A stretch of DNA of 64,000 nucleotides, taken from assembly GCA_964437795.1 (NCBI GenBank), contig CAYTIC010000001.1:86864-150863 (forward strand), read 5' to 3'. Shown here in pieces: positions 45,139-54,168 of this stretch; positions within the stretch are counted from its first letter, which is position 1, and the number at the start of each line of letters is the position of its first letter. The notes under the pieces are model-generated. The model was given only the letters and a program-made list of their open reading frames with translations, was not told the DNA's origin and searched no databases. Source of the DNA: an uncultured Dehalococcoidales bacterium. GTDB lineage: Bacteria; Chloroflexota; Dehalococcoidia; GIF9; UBA5629. The position numbers were made by a program, and so were the translations under genes.

Positions 45139-46284
45139 TCAGCCGGATGCGTTATCGACGATTTCAACTACATCCAGTATTTGAATTGAATCGCTCGCGC
45201 CCAGGGTGAGCACGGCGTCTTCAAACATCGTCATGCAATAGGGGCATGAAACGGCCAATACCTGTGCCCCGCTTTCCATCGCCTGCCTGACGCGCAGTTC
45301 GGCGAACCGCTCCTCTTTCTTCGATTCCAACCAGAGGCCGCCGGCGCAACCGCCGCAGCATAATGAATCTGCGTGATGGTCGGACATTTCTACCAGGTCC
45401 ACCCCCGGGATGCTGTGCAAAACATTGCGGGGCTCATCATAAATGCCCTGATACCTGCCCAGGCAGCAGGAATCGTGATAGGCAACCTTCTTTTGCGGGC
45501 CCTTGCCCAATTTAACGCTGCCCGCTTTTATCAGCTCATCCAAATACCGGACTATATGGATTACCTCGAAACCGCCGCCGAGCTCAGGGTATTCGTCCTT
45601 TAAAGTGTTGTAACAGTGCGGCGACCCTACCAATATCCTCTTGACGCCCGCAGACTTCAGTGTCTCTATGTTATTCGATGCCAGGCTGGTAAAAAGGCCC
45701 TCCTTGCCCGCCTTCCGTATGCTTTCCCCGCAGCAGGACAGGCCTTTATCGATTATGCCGAAATCCACGTTGGCCCTGCGCAGGACATTTATCATTGACA
45801 CGGCTGTTCTTCGGCACCTGACGTCATAAGCCTGATAGCAGCAAACATACATCAGCATGTCGGTATTTGTTGAATACGCAGCGACATTCAGGCCCCTTAA
45901 CCATTCAGTGCGCGCTTCGTCCGGCTCGCCCAGCGGATTGCCCACACCGGCCAGGTTGGAGGCCACCGTGCGCAGGGAGCGGGGTATCGCGCCCGCGCCT
46001 ACTTCAGAGATGACCCTTCTGAGCGACCTGATCATGCGGGGTATGTCCACGCCGCGCGGACAGGCCTGTGCGCACGATCTGCACCCCACACACTTCCATA
46101 TCTCCTCGTTACCGAAATCGATCAATCCCAGCTGGGCCTGATGCAGCAGGCTGCGAACACCCAGATGCCCGCCTATGTTCCACGGACATACAGCTGTGCA
46201 CAACCCGCACTGAAAACAGTGATCGAGGTCTGCGCCGCCCTGCTCCTTTATGGCATCAGTGATTTCCGGTGATATATCCACCAT
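45139..46284 (-). CDS. soluble HdrD-like (fused HdrC+HdrB) Fe-S/CCG-domain protein occupying the QmoC position
   Basis: 381 aa. CFQCGLCTAVCP and CVGCRSCAQACP, then two CCG-type Cys-rich regions (VCCYQ..SCCGES..PHC; DSCCLG..LCCGGCAGG..SCPYC). No hydrophobic segment. Confidence 0.7.
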   Translation of the reverse strand: MVDISPEITDAIKEQGGADLDHCFQCGLCTAVCPWNIGGHLGVRSLLHQAQLGLIDFGNEEIWKCVGCRSCAQACPRGVDIPRMIRSLRRVISEVGAGAIPRSLRTVASNLAGVGNPLGEPDEARTEWLRGLNVAAYSTNTDMLMYVCCYQAYDVRCRRTAVSMINVLRRANVDFGIIDKGLSCCGESIRKAGKEGLFTSLASNNIETLKSAGVKRILVGSPHCYNTLKDEYPELGGGFEVIHIVRYLDELIKAGSVKLGKGPQKKVAYHDSCCLGRYQGIYDEPRNVLHSIPGVDLVEMSDHHADSLCCGGCAGGLWLESKKEERFAELRVRQAMESGAQVLAVSCPYCMTMFEDAVLTLGASDSIQILDVVEIVDNASG

Positions 46285-46314
46285 CTACGCTGTATTCCTT
46301 GCGATCATCTGCAT

Positions 46315-48444
46315 TTACAGATCCTTATACGGGTTCGGCCCGATCTTCTCAATCCCGGTTAGAAACTCATCCAGAATGCCCGGCAGTGTGCCGTATTCCT
46401 CCACGGAAAGCTGCACTACACGCAGCCGCTCCGGCTCCAGCGCCAGCTTGTTAAGGGTATCCTGCATCTTTTGAATCCTGTCGTCGGCCAGCTCGCTGCC
46501 GGTTATGTTATGGCACTGATAGTCTCCACCGTATTTGCAGCCCACCATGATGATGCCGTCGAAACCGCTGGAGAGCGCATCGACGATCCAGACCATATTT
46601 ATCGATCCCAGGCACCTCACGGGTATGACCCTGATAAAGGGATTGAAGGCCATGCGCCCGGTACAGGCCATGTCCAGGGCGGGGTAAGCATCGTTTTCGC
46701 ACAAAAATGCTAGTATGCGCGGCTTGTCCTCTTCCGCCCCCGGCATCTGAATTGACTTGATCATTGATCCTATAATGTCAACCGAATAGTCGGCAAACGA
46801 AATAATCCTCTCAGGACACGCGCCCATACAGATGCCGCACCTCCTGCACCGCGTGGGATTGGGCAGCGGATTATACTTATCGTCCTCGTCATACATGCCG
46901 AAAGGGCACTCTTCAGTGCATCTCTTGCACTGGGTGCACCTGGCCATATAGAGGTCGGGGTAACTGGTATCGCCGGCCCTGGGATGCACTGACTCTCCCC
47001 TGGCAACCATTTCCACACATTGAATGGCCTTGACCACGGCGCCGTTTGCATCTTCACAGCTTGACAGGCTGTCTAAGGGTTGCCTGGCACAGCCGGCTGA
47101 GTAGACGCCTGTACGGCGTGTCTCATAGGGAAAACAGATAAAATGCGAATCCGGGAACCCGTATTTAAGCTCCGGCAATTCCGCGCCCTGCCTGTAGGCC
47201 AGGCTGAGCGCCGGCGGGGGTGACGGTTCAATGCCCGCAGCCAGGACCACCAGGTCGGCCTGTACAGTCACCTTCTCGCCCAAGAGAAGGTCCTGCATTT
47301 CAACCATAATGCCGTTTTCAGCGGCGGCCACTCCGGTTATCTCCGCCCTGGCCAGGTAAACAGACCCCGACTCCTGCGTATTTCGATAGAACTCCTCGTA
47401 CAGGGAAGGCGCGCGCATGTCCTTGTAGAAAATATAGGCCTTTGAATCGGCATTGCTCTTCGTTACGTAAACCGCCTGCTTGAGGGAGGTCAGGCAGCAG
47501 AAGGACGAGCAATACGGCAGATGGCTGTCGTCACGCTGCCCGGCGCACTGAATAAACGCCACGCTTTTTACAGGCTTGCCGTCCGACGGCCTTTTGATCA
47601 CGCCGTCGAAGGCCAATTGCTCCATTTGTACGTTGGTGATGATATCCGGGTGACTGCCGAAACCCAGGTGCGCCAGGCGTTCGGCATTATACGGCTGAAA
47701 TCCGGTGGCTTGAATAATGGAGCCCACCCTCAAAGATACGGCGCCGCTCGGACTCCTGAGAGAAACATCGAACATACCCGGCGAACCCTCGATCTTCTCG
47801 ACCTCCGCCGACTTGAATACCCTGATCAGCGGGTCGTTTTCCAGGGCGGCGGCCAGCGCTACAATCCCGGTGTCCTCCGGTTCCCGGTACGGGGGATGCT
47901 TTGGATATCCACGATATAGTTTCGTCATCCACCCGCCTAAAGAAGGGCTCTTTTCCACCAGGCACACCTCGTATCCGGCCCCGGCGGCGCCCAGCGCGGC
48001 GGTGATCCCAGTTATACCGCCCCCTATGACCAAAATAGTCTTGCTGATCTCGGGCAAATACGGTACCGCAGGAGATGTTTTGGCGATCCCGGCGAGGCCC
48101 ATCCTCAGGCAATCTTCCGCCATCATCTGCGTATCCGGATCGCCAGGCAGGTGGGACCAGGCCACCTGCTCCCTTAAATTCACCCTTTCCAGGATCACAG
48201 AACTATCGAAGGTGAAACATCCCTGTTTAACACGTGGCGAGCAGGCGCCTATCACCAGCCTGCAAGGACTGCCGGCAATGTCATCATCTATCGATAGCCG
48301 CCCATCTGCGCTGCACAGTGACGGATGGATCCGGCAAATGTCGGCTTTATATTCATTGACCGCCACTTCGCTCAATTTCTCGAGTGAAAGGGCCTCCCCG
48401 ATGCCGCACCCGCTGCACAAATATACGGCCAGTTTATTTGCCAT
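46315..48444 (-). CDS. qmoB: QmoB-like HdrA-family flavoprotein with C-terminal MvhD-like domain
   Basis: Start set at MANKLAVYLCSGCG. FAD fold ILVIGGGITGITAA, ferredoxin motifs CTQCKRCTEECP and CRRCGICMGACP, and the C-terminal ILAFLCENDAYPA...VRCLG...GCKYGGDYQCH (MvhD type). Confidence 0.75.
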   Translation of the reverse strand: MANKLAVYLCSGCGIGEALSLEKLSEVAVNEYKADICRIHPSLCSADGRLSIDDDIAGSPCRLVIGACSPRVKQGCFTFDSSVILERVNLREQVAWSHLPGDPDTQMMAEDCLRMGLAGIAKTSPAVPYLPEISKTILVIGGGITGITAALGAAGAGYEVCLVEKSPSLGGWMTKLYRGYPKHPPYREPEDTGIVALAAALENDPLIRVFKSAEVEKIEGSPGMFDVSLRSPSGAVSLRVGSIIQATGFQPYNAERLAHLGFGSHPDIITNVQMEQLAFDGVIKRPSDGKPVKSVAFIQCAGQRDDSHLPYCSSFCCLTSLKQAVYVTKSNADSKAYIFYKDMRAPSLYEEFYRNTQESGSVYLARAEITGVAAAENGIMVEMQDLLLGEKVTVQADLVVLAAGIEPSPPPALSLAYRQGAELPELKYGFPDSHFICFPYETRRTGVYSAGCARQPLDSLSSCEDANGAVVKAIQCVEMVARGESVHPRAGDTSYPDLYMARCTQCKRCTEECPFGMYDEDDKYNPLPNPTRCRRCGICMGACPERIISFADYSVDIIGSMIKSIQMPGAEEDKPRILAFLCENDAYPALDMACTGRMAFNPFIRVIPVRCLGSINMVWIVDALSSGFDGIIMVGCKYGGDYQCHNITGSELADDRIQKMQDTLNKLALEPERLRVVQLSVEEYGTLPGILDEFLTGIEKIGPNPYKDL

Positions 48445-49705
48445 TTGACCGCCCTTTCCTGACCGACCCAATAGCCTTCAAAACTGCGCCCGTCGCGTCT
48501 CTGACCGACGATCCCACGTCCATCGGCCTTTTCACGCATCCCGCGGCGTAAATACCCGCCAGGTCGGAGACCATAAATCCGCAGGAGTCTTTGCCGGGTC
48601 CGGCGGGCAGCCAGTCCGTCGCTGCAGGGACCATTCCCGTGGCCAGCACCACCATGTCCACCCTTTGCCTGACCATTTTTCCCTGCTCTGTATCCTCAGC
48701 TTCGACGAAAAGGTCGTTTGTTGCGGGGTCCTGCTTTATGCGTGATACCTTCCCGCGAAGGAACGACACCCCTTGCATATCCTGAATCCGACGGTAAAAA
48801 TCCTCCTGCGTACCCTGGGCCCGCAAGTCGATGTAATAGATGGCCACCCGGGCATCCGGATTGTGCTCCTTAATATAAGTTGCCTGCTTAAGCGAAGCCA
48901 TGCAGCAGACGCCCGAACAGTAGGACAGGTGGTTTACGTCCCGGGAGCCCGCACACTGCACGAATGCGATTGAGGATACCTCTTTTCCGTCCGACGGACG
49001 CACCAGGCGCCCGTCACGCAGCCCGGCGCCTGATGCCAGCCTCTCCATCATCATATTGGTGATTACATTGGGATAAACGCCGAAGCCGAGCCGGTTCAGC
49101 CGGGCTGCATCATAAGATTCCCAACCCGTGGTCACTATAATCGATCTGCAATTGACCGTGACCACCTGCTCTTCCATCTGCAGGTCGATAGCCCCGTAAC
49201 GGCAGGCGGAAACGCATTTTGCGCAATCGCTGCCCGTACAGGCATCTTTATCCACGGTATATGTCGGAGGATATGCCTGCACATGCGGCAGGTAAATAGC
49301 TTTAGTGTTGTCCCACCCGTAGTTGAAATCGTTCGGCCTTTGGACCGGGCAAACCGTTTCACATTCGCCGCAGGCCGTGCAATTATCGTTCACCATGCGC
49401 GGCAGCAGCCGGACCGATACCTTGAAGTCTCCCTCACTTCCCTCAACAGCCTCCACCATAGCCATGGTGAAAACCCTGATTCCCCGATTAACCTTGATCC
49501 GCTTGAAATTGAGCTCGAGGCCGCAGGCCGGGGGACATAGTTTGGGGAAATAGCGGCTCATCCTGACGGCCTTCCCTCCCAGGAAAGGCTCCTTCTCAAG
49601 CAGGATGATCTTGTAACCTATCTCGACCGCCTCAACCGCCGCGGCTATCCCGCTTACACCGCCGCCCACTACCAGGATATCGGTTGAAACAGCAGTCTGT
49701 TGCAT
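48434..49705 (-). CDS. qmoA: QmoA-like HdrA-family flavoprotein
   Basis: 423 aa. ILVVGGGVSGIAAA, CTACGECETVCP, FVQCAGSRD..SYCSGVCC. Confidence 0.75.
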   Translation of the reverse strand: MQQTAVSTDILVVGGGVSGIAAAVEAVEIGYKIILLEKEPFLGGKAVRMSRYFPKLCPPACGLELNFKRIKVNRGIRVFTMAMVEAVEGSEGDFKVSVRLLPRMVNDNCTACGECETVCPVQRPNDFNYGWDNTKAIYLPHVQAYPPTYTVDKDACTGSDCAKCVSACRYGAIDLQMEEQVVTVNCRSIIVTTGWESYDAARLNRLGFGVYPNVITNMMMERLASGAGLRDGRLVRPSDGKEVSSIAFVQCAGSRDVNHLSYCSGVCCMASLKQATYIKEHNPDARVAIYYIDLRAQGTQEDFYRRIQDMQGVSFLRGKVSRIKQDPATNDLFVEAEDTEQGKMVRQRVDMVVLATGMVPAATDWLPAGPGKDSCGFMVSDLAGIYAAGCVKRPMDVGSSVRDATGAVLKAIGSVRKGRSNGK

Positions 49706-49720
49706 AGAGCGCCAGCGTTA

Positions 49721-51610
49721 TCAGCCGACCAATGGGATAACGTCCTTCTTAAATACCGACCATTTGCCGGAAGCGGGGTCCCACCTGCAATTGACGAAAC
49801 ACTTCCAGTTGCTGTCGTCCAGCCGGGGTACATCCGCCCGGAAATAGTAGCCGGGCCACCTGGTCTCTTCCCTGAAGAGCACCGAACGGATATGTGATTC
49901 GGCCTGCCACAGCCGGTGCTGGTTTTCCCAGCAGCGCATGAGCTCGTGGAGGTTTTCGGCCGCCAGTTTTTCCGCATCTTCGCGCAGGAAATCCAGCAAT
50001 TCAAGGCCCTTCTCCAACGAGAGCTTATTGGTCGTAAACTGGGTAGTTGCGCCCCCTGCGTACTCATCCATGATCTTCTGCAGCCGTACCATGAACTGCT
50101 TCGGCTTGAGATAATTTTCGCTGACATCCGGATTGTCGGTAAGTTTGCCGTACTGGTCAAACAGTTCAAGCGGTTTGAAAAGGCGTTTCTTAAGCGCTTC
50201 AACCTGCGCAGTATCGATGTTCGGCTGCTCCGGATGATCGACTATATAGGCGATGGATGCTTTAGCAGCGATCCTGCCTTCGCAATGCGAGCCGTCGGAG
50301 AACTTATGGCTGGATGCGCCGGACGCGTCGCCTGCGCAGAATATCCCTTTCACGGTGGCCATACGGTTATAACCCCAAAAATACTCTTTGGGTGACAGGT
50401 CTTCCGGTCCGCTGACCCATGCGCCCGAAGCGCCTGAATGCGAACCTATGAAATATGGTTCGCAGGCCTGTATTTCTGAGGGCTTTTCCTCGGGCTGCGT
50501 ATTGGTCCCCGCCCAGAGAATGGCCTGCGATATTGTCATATCCAGAAAATCTTCCCACGCTTCCGATTCGACCTCTTTCATGCGTTTTCGCCGTTCTTTT
50601 TCATCGCTGATGGCGGAGAGCATCCTGGCAATTGCTTCATCAGTTCGCATGTACATAGGGCCCTTGCCTTCATTTTGGTCCAGCATCATCAGGTAATTTC
50701 GCAGGTTGGCGGGGATGGGCTTGGACGATCCGTACGGCCCCCAGTTCTCCAGGTCTTTCTTGCGCTCCGACATGTAATCCTGGCCGAGCGCATTGGTAGC
50801 TATAGACTTGAAAAGAAGGAACCATGCGCCGACGGGCCCATAGGCGTCTTTGAAACGAACCGGGATAAAACGCACTTCCTGGCACGTCATCTCGCAGCCG
50901 CTCTTCAAAGTAAAATAGGCGCTTGAACCGCTGTTGAAGGGGGGATACCAGCTCCTTCCCTGCCCTTCACCTACCGAGCGGGGCCGGAATATGTGCACTG
51001 CACCGCCCATGGCCACCAGGACCGCTTTAGCCTTGAATATGTAGAACTTGTTCTCGCGTGTGCTGAAGCCGACAGCTCCTGCAACCCTGTCTCCATCGAT
51101 AAGCGGCTCTACTATGAATACCCGCTCATAGATATTATTTTCGCCAATAGTTGCCAGCGCGTTGCGGGCCGCCTCTGCAACAATGTTTTTATACGATTCA
51201 CCGTTGATCATGACCTGCCAGCCGCCCTCGAATACATAGTCGCCTTTATCGTCTTTCCAGATGGGAAGGCCCCACTTCTCGAAGAGGTGCACCGTGCTGT
51301 CCACGTGCCGCGCGATATCGTATACAAGGTCCTCGCGGGAGATGCCCATCAGGTCGTTCCTGACATAGCGCACGTAGTCTTCCGGGGTCTTGTCCCTGCT
51401 CTTCATGCCGACATACATATTGAGAGCGGAAAGCCCCTGTGCGACCGCGCCGCTGCGCTCGATGGCAGCCTTGTCGACCAGCGTCACCTTCAGGTTGTGC
51501 CTCTTCGCCCAGTAAGCGGCTTCGACCGCGGCGCCGCAGGCCGCCATGCCGCCGCCGATGATAAGCAGGTCGGTGTTTACTTCTACCGTCTGTATTTCTG
51601 ACATGAACAA
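49721..51610 (-). CDS. aprA: adenylylsulfate (APS) reductase alpha subunit
   Basis: 629 aa. DLLIIGGGMAACGAAVEA FAD fold, with length and sequence typical of AprA, directly after aprB. The true start may be the ATG at 51604 (MSEIQTV). Confidence 0.85.
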   Translation of the reverse strand: MFMSEIQTVEVNTDLLIIGGGMAACGAAVEAAYWAKRHNLKVTLVDKAAIERSGAVAQGLSALNMYVGMKSRDKTPEDYVRYVRNDLMGISREDLVYDIARHVDSTVHLFEKWGLPIWKDDKGDYVFEGGWQVMINGESYKNIVAEAARNALATIGENNIYERVFIVEPLIDGDRVAGAVGFSTRENKFYIFKAKAVLVAMGGAVHIFRPRSVGEGQGRSWYPPFNSGSSAYFTLKSGCEMTCQEVRFIPVRFKDAYGPVGAWFLLFKSIATNALGQDYMSERKKDLENWGPYGSSKPIPANLRNYLMMLDQNEGKGPMYMRTDEAIARMLSAISDEKERRKRMKEVESEAWEDFLDMTISQAILWAGTNTQPEEKPSEIQACEPYFIGSHSGASGAWVSGPEDLSPKEYFWGYNRMATVKGIFCAGDASGASSHKFSDGSHCEGRIAAKASIAYIVDHPEQPNIDTAQVEALKKRLFKPLELFDQYGKLTDNPDVSENYLKPKQFMVRLQKIMDEYAGGATTQFTTNKLSLEKGLELLDFLREDAEKLAAENLHELMRCWENQHRLWQAESHIRSVLFREETRWPGYYFRADVPRLDDSNWKCFVNCRWDPASGKWSVFKKDVIPLVG

Positions 51611-51623
51611 TATCCCCCGGATT

Positions 51624-52076
51624 TCAGTCCTTTTTTAACGTCGGTAATTTTTCGATGCCCAGTGATTCTGGCTCAGTGAACAACAGCGGGCTTTTCAATT
51701 CGTCAGCCTCAGGCGCTGTATTAAAGCCCCCGTCCGGAACCGCCGAGCCCTCGGGAGTGGTGCGGGTGCGAAACTTAAAGCGCTTGATGGCGCCGTTTCT
51801 GAATTTCACGGTCCAGATGATGCTGTCGCTGCCTCTCAGAGGTGTAACACTCGCTCCAAGGGGCACGAAATCCGCGTATCCCCTGACGGCTATAGCCTGC
51901 TGAGGGCATATCTTTACGCAGCTATAGCATTCCCAGCACATGGAAGGGTCGCGGTTGAATGCCTTCTGCGTCTCTCCATTCAGGGCCATCAGGTCGTTGG
52001 GACAAATGTACTGGCAGGCTGTCTTATCCTTGCCTTTGCAGCCGTCACATTTACTGATGATTACAAAACTCGGCAT
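51624..52076 (-). CDS. aprB: adenylylsulfate (APS) reductase beta subunit
   Basis: 150 aa. Hallmark N-terminus MPSFVIISKCDGCKG, CQYICPNDLM, CWECYSCVKICPQ. Confidence 0.85.
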   Translation of the reverse strand: MPSFVIISKCDGCKGKDKTACQYICPNDLMALNGETQKAFNRDPSMCWECYSCVKICPQQAIAVRGYADFVPLGASVTPLRGSDSIIWTVKFRNGAIKRFKFRTRTTPEGSAVPDGGFNTAPEADELKSPLLFTEPESLGIEKLPTLKKD

Positions 52077-52091
52077 ATCCTTATTCCTTAT

Positions 52092-52916
52092 TTACATATA
52101 GCCCAGGCCGCGCAAGCGTTTCATCATCTTTTCCTTGTCCTGCCGCCGGCCCGCTCTCTCCGTCGTGTGTTCAAGGTCCTGCTCCCAGGCAGGAACGCCC
52201 GGGGCCGCTATGGCGCTGGTGGTCTTTGCTCCCAGCGATCGATAGCCTTTTTCGTACAGTATGCAATAGGGTATTTTAAATACCTGATACGTGTTCCATA
52301 GCTCTCTCTCCGAGAAGTGCAGTATGGGCTTAATGCGCGTATGCTGGGGGATCAGGTAGGCCGCTTCTTTTACCTCGAAATAGTCGTCCTCGGCACGGGC
52401 GTTCTGCTCGTCCCTCCGCAAACCCTGGAAGATCGCCTTGACCCCGTTCTGTTCGATATACACGTTGAACATGACCGTTTTCATCAGGTGATTGCCGGTA
52501 TATGATTCAGCCTCGAAGGGAAATGTATCTTCCTTGTAGTCTATGCGCTTGAGTTCAGCCTGGTTTCTCTCGTTTAAATCCTTGACCTTGACGATGTTAT
52601 TCAGCTTGCCGCCGGCGGCCTTGATAACATCATCGTTGCGCATCCATGTCAGATCCAGCTTCCATTCCGCCGCATAGCGGTCCATGAAATCGTGTATCTC
52701 GTCGAAGGTATCGAACTCGTCTATCGTCATGACTTTGGGGACCTTTATTTTGTCCTCCTGGCAGACCTGGCGAATAATCCACAGCGCAAGCGTGCTGTCC
52801 TTGCCACCCGTCCAGGTGATAGCAAGATCATCCAGCTTAAACTTGCCGAATGACTCCCTGACTATTGCCTTCGACTTGTCGATCAGTCCCGCGCATTCTT
52901 TTTCCATACTGGCCAT
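52092..52916 (-). CDS. CysD-like PP-loop enzyme (PAPS-reductase/sulfate-adenylyltransferase-subunit-2 family)
   Basis: 274 aa. PP-loop ITWTGGKDST, GLRRDE, and a CysD-type C-terminus TTERAGRRQDKEKMMKRLRGLGYM* (compare E. coli CysD ...[26 protein letters not shown], from memory). Confidence 0.65.
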   Translation of the reverse strand: MASMEKECAGLIDKSKAIVRESFGKFKLDDLAITWTGGKDSTLALWIIRQVCQEDKIKVPKVMTIDEFDTFDEIHDFMDRYAAEWKLDLTWMRNDDVIKAAGGKLNNIVKVKDLNERNQAELKRIDYKEDTFPFEAESYTGNHLMKTVMFNVYIEQNGVKAIFQGLRRDEQNARAEDDYFEVKEAAYLIPQHTRIKPILHFSERELWNTYQVFKIPYCILYEKGYRSLGAKTTSAIAAPGVPAWEQDLEHTTERAGRRQDKEKMMKRLRGLGYM

Positions 52917-52932
52917 TATCGGTCCCCCTTTT

Positions 52933-54138
52933 TTACTTTATCCATCTTTTTATCCTTGGTTTGAGCCTGGATTGCAGCCTTACTGTCTCCTTTGAAGACT
53001 GTGCAATATCGTGCAACTCACCCGGGTCGTCCTTGAGGTCATACAGCTCCCAGCGGTCCGGTTCCGCCCTGTAGATCAGCTTCATGTCGCCTTCCCGGCA
53101 GAAATACACATCCTTATTGATGTCGCCGCCTTTGACGCTTTTATTGTCGATGGCCTCACCGAAGGCGCCCTTTTCAACATATGCCCCCACGGGCAGCAGT
53201 GATTGTCCCTGGAAAGACGCCGCCGGATCGATACCGAAAAGGTGGAGAATAGTGGGCGGAATGTCTATGCTGCTGACCAGGCTGGAGCATACACCGCTTG
53301 AATCCGCCCCGTATATCAGCAACGGGACATCGATCAATTCCGCATACAGCTTGTCGTCGTGCGACAGCCCGCCGTGCTCGTTAAACTCATCCCCGTGGTC
53401 GCTGGTCATGATGACGGTGGTGGAATCGAGTATATGCAAATCCTCAAGCGATTTAAATAACGACTGTACGTAAGAATCCACCTCGCGGACGTGCACGTCA
53501 TACAGCCGTTTCAGCAGTGTTACCCTGGCGGGATCCGAGACGTCCCTCTTGAGCAGAGTATCCTCAAACAGCGCATACATCTCGTCCTGGCTGATCTTAA
53601 TTTCGGGGTCTACCATGTCTACATAGCTTCTTTCCGGCATATAAGGCTCATGCACGTCCATGTAATGAAGCCATAAAAAGAACGGAGCATGGTCTTTCTT
53701 CTTTACATAGGACGAAAGCCACTGCACTACCTTGTCATTGATCGTGTAACCCCGCACATATGACAGGCGTTCATCTTCGAGATCGTCGTCCAGGGAGTCA
53801 TAGAACACGTCCCATCCCCGGTCCCAGCCCAGCACGGAGCTGCAATAGGGATTGGAATGGAACCCGGCGGTGTATATGCCGGCTTTTTGCAGTACCTCCG
53901 ATACTATGGAGCGCCGGGGCGCCAAACCTTCGGGCTTACCGTAATCCAGGTAGTACCCCGAGCACAATATGGCGGGAAACGACGCCTGGGTATAAGGACC
54001 GGCGCTCTGGCTCCCGGTAAATACTATGCTGCGGTCTTTGAGGGAGTCGACGAACGGGGTTAATCCCCTGGTATTACCATACAGCCCGAATACATCCTTC
54101 CGGGTTGCATCCAGTGTAATCAAGACAACGTTTTTCAT
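52933..54138 (-). CDS. sulfatase/alkaline-phosphatase-superfamily enzyme without a canonical formylglycine motif
   Basis: 401 aa. NVVLITLDATRKD metal site, MTSDHGDEFNEHG, and a WELYDLKDDPGE tail typical of PF00884. The nucleophile region reads SAGPYTQASFPAILCSG instead of C/S-x-P-x-R-xxxx-TG. Confidence 0.65.
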   Translation of the reverse strand: MKNVVLITLDATRKDVFGLYGNTRGLTPFVDSLKDRSIVFTGSQSAGPYTQASFPAILCSGYYLDYGKPEGLAPRRSIVSEVLQKAGIYTAGFHSNPYCSSVLGWDRGWDVFYDSLDDDLEDERLSYVRGYTINDKVVQWLSSYVKKKDHAPFFLWLHYMDVHEPYMPERSYVDMVDPEIKISQDEMYALFEDTLLKRDVSDPARVTLLKRLYDVHVREVDSYVQSLFKSLEDLHILDSTTVIMTSDHGDEFNEHGGLSHDDKLYAELIDVPLLIYGADSSGVCSSLVSSIDIPPTILHLFGIDPAASFQGQSLLPVGAYVEKGAFGEAIDNKSVKGGDINKDVYFCREGDMKLIYRAEPDRWELYDLKDDPGELHDIAQSSKETVRLQSRLKPRIKRWIK

Positions 54139-54168
54139 AGTGATAATTGATTGAAAAAGGGGCCGGAC

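Noticed and set aside
45114-45150. Inverted repeat GCATCCGG...CCGGATGC between the convergent isf-like and hdrD-like genes as a terminator
   Set aside because: The stem is interrupted (competing inner pairing GCTGA/TCAGC), the loop is long, and the right arm overlaps the hdrD-like stop-codon region. It is plausible but too weak to annotate.
47717-48448. 243-aa plus-strand ORF inside qmoB. The same judgement applies to 42649..43254, 50993..51601, 56964..57584, 58768..59310 and 61840..62481.
   Set aside because: All are antisense to genes with clear family motifs and have Arg/Pro/Gly/Ser-biased translations. They are long shadow ORFs, as expected in GC-rich coding DNA.
53524-53538. SDPAR as the sulfatase S-x-P-x-R formylglycine motif
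   Set aside because: It lies at residues 201-205, about 150 residues downstream of where the motif sits relative to the N-terminal metal-binding Asp. It is not followed by the xxxx-T-G context and is most likely a chance match.
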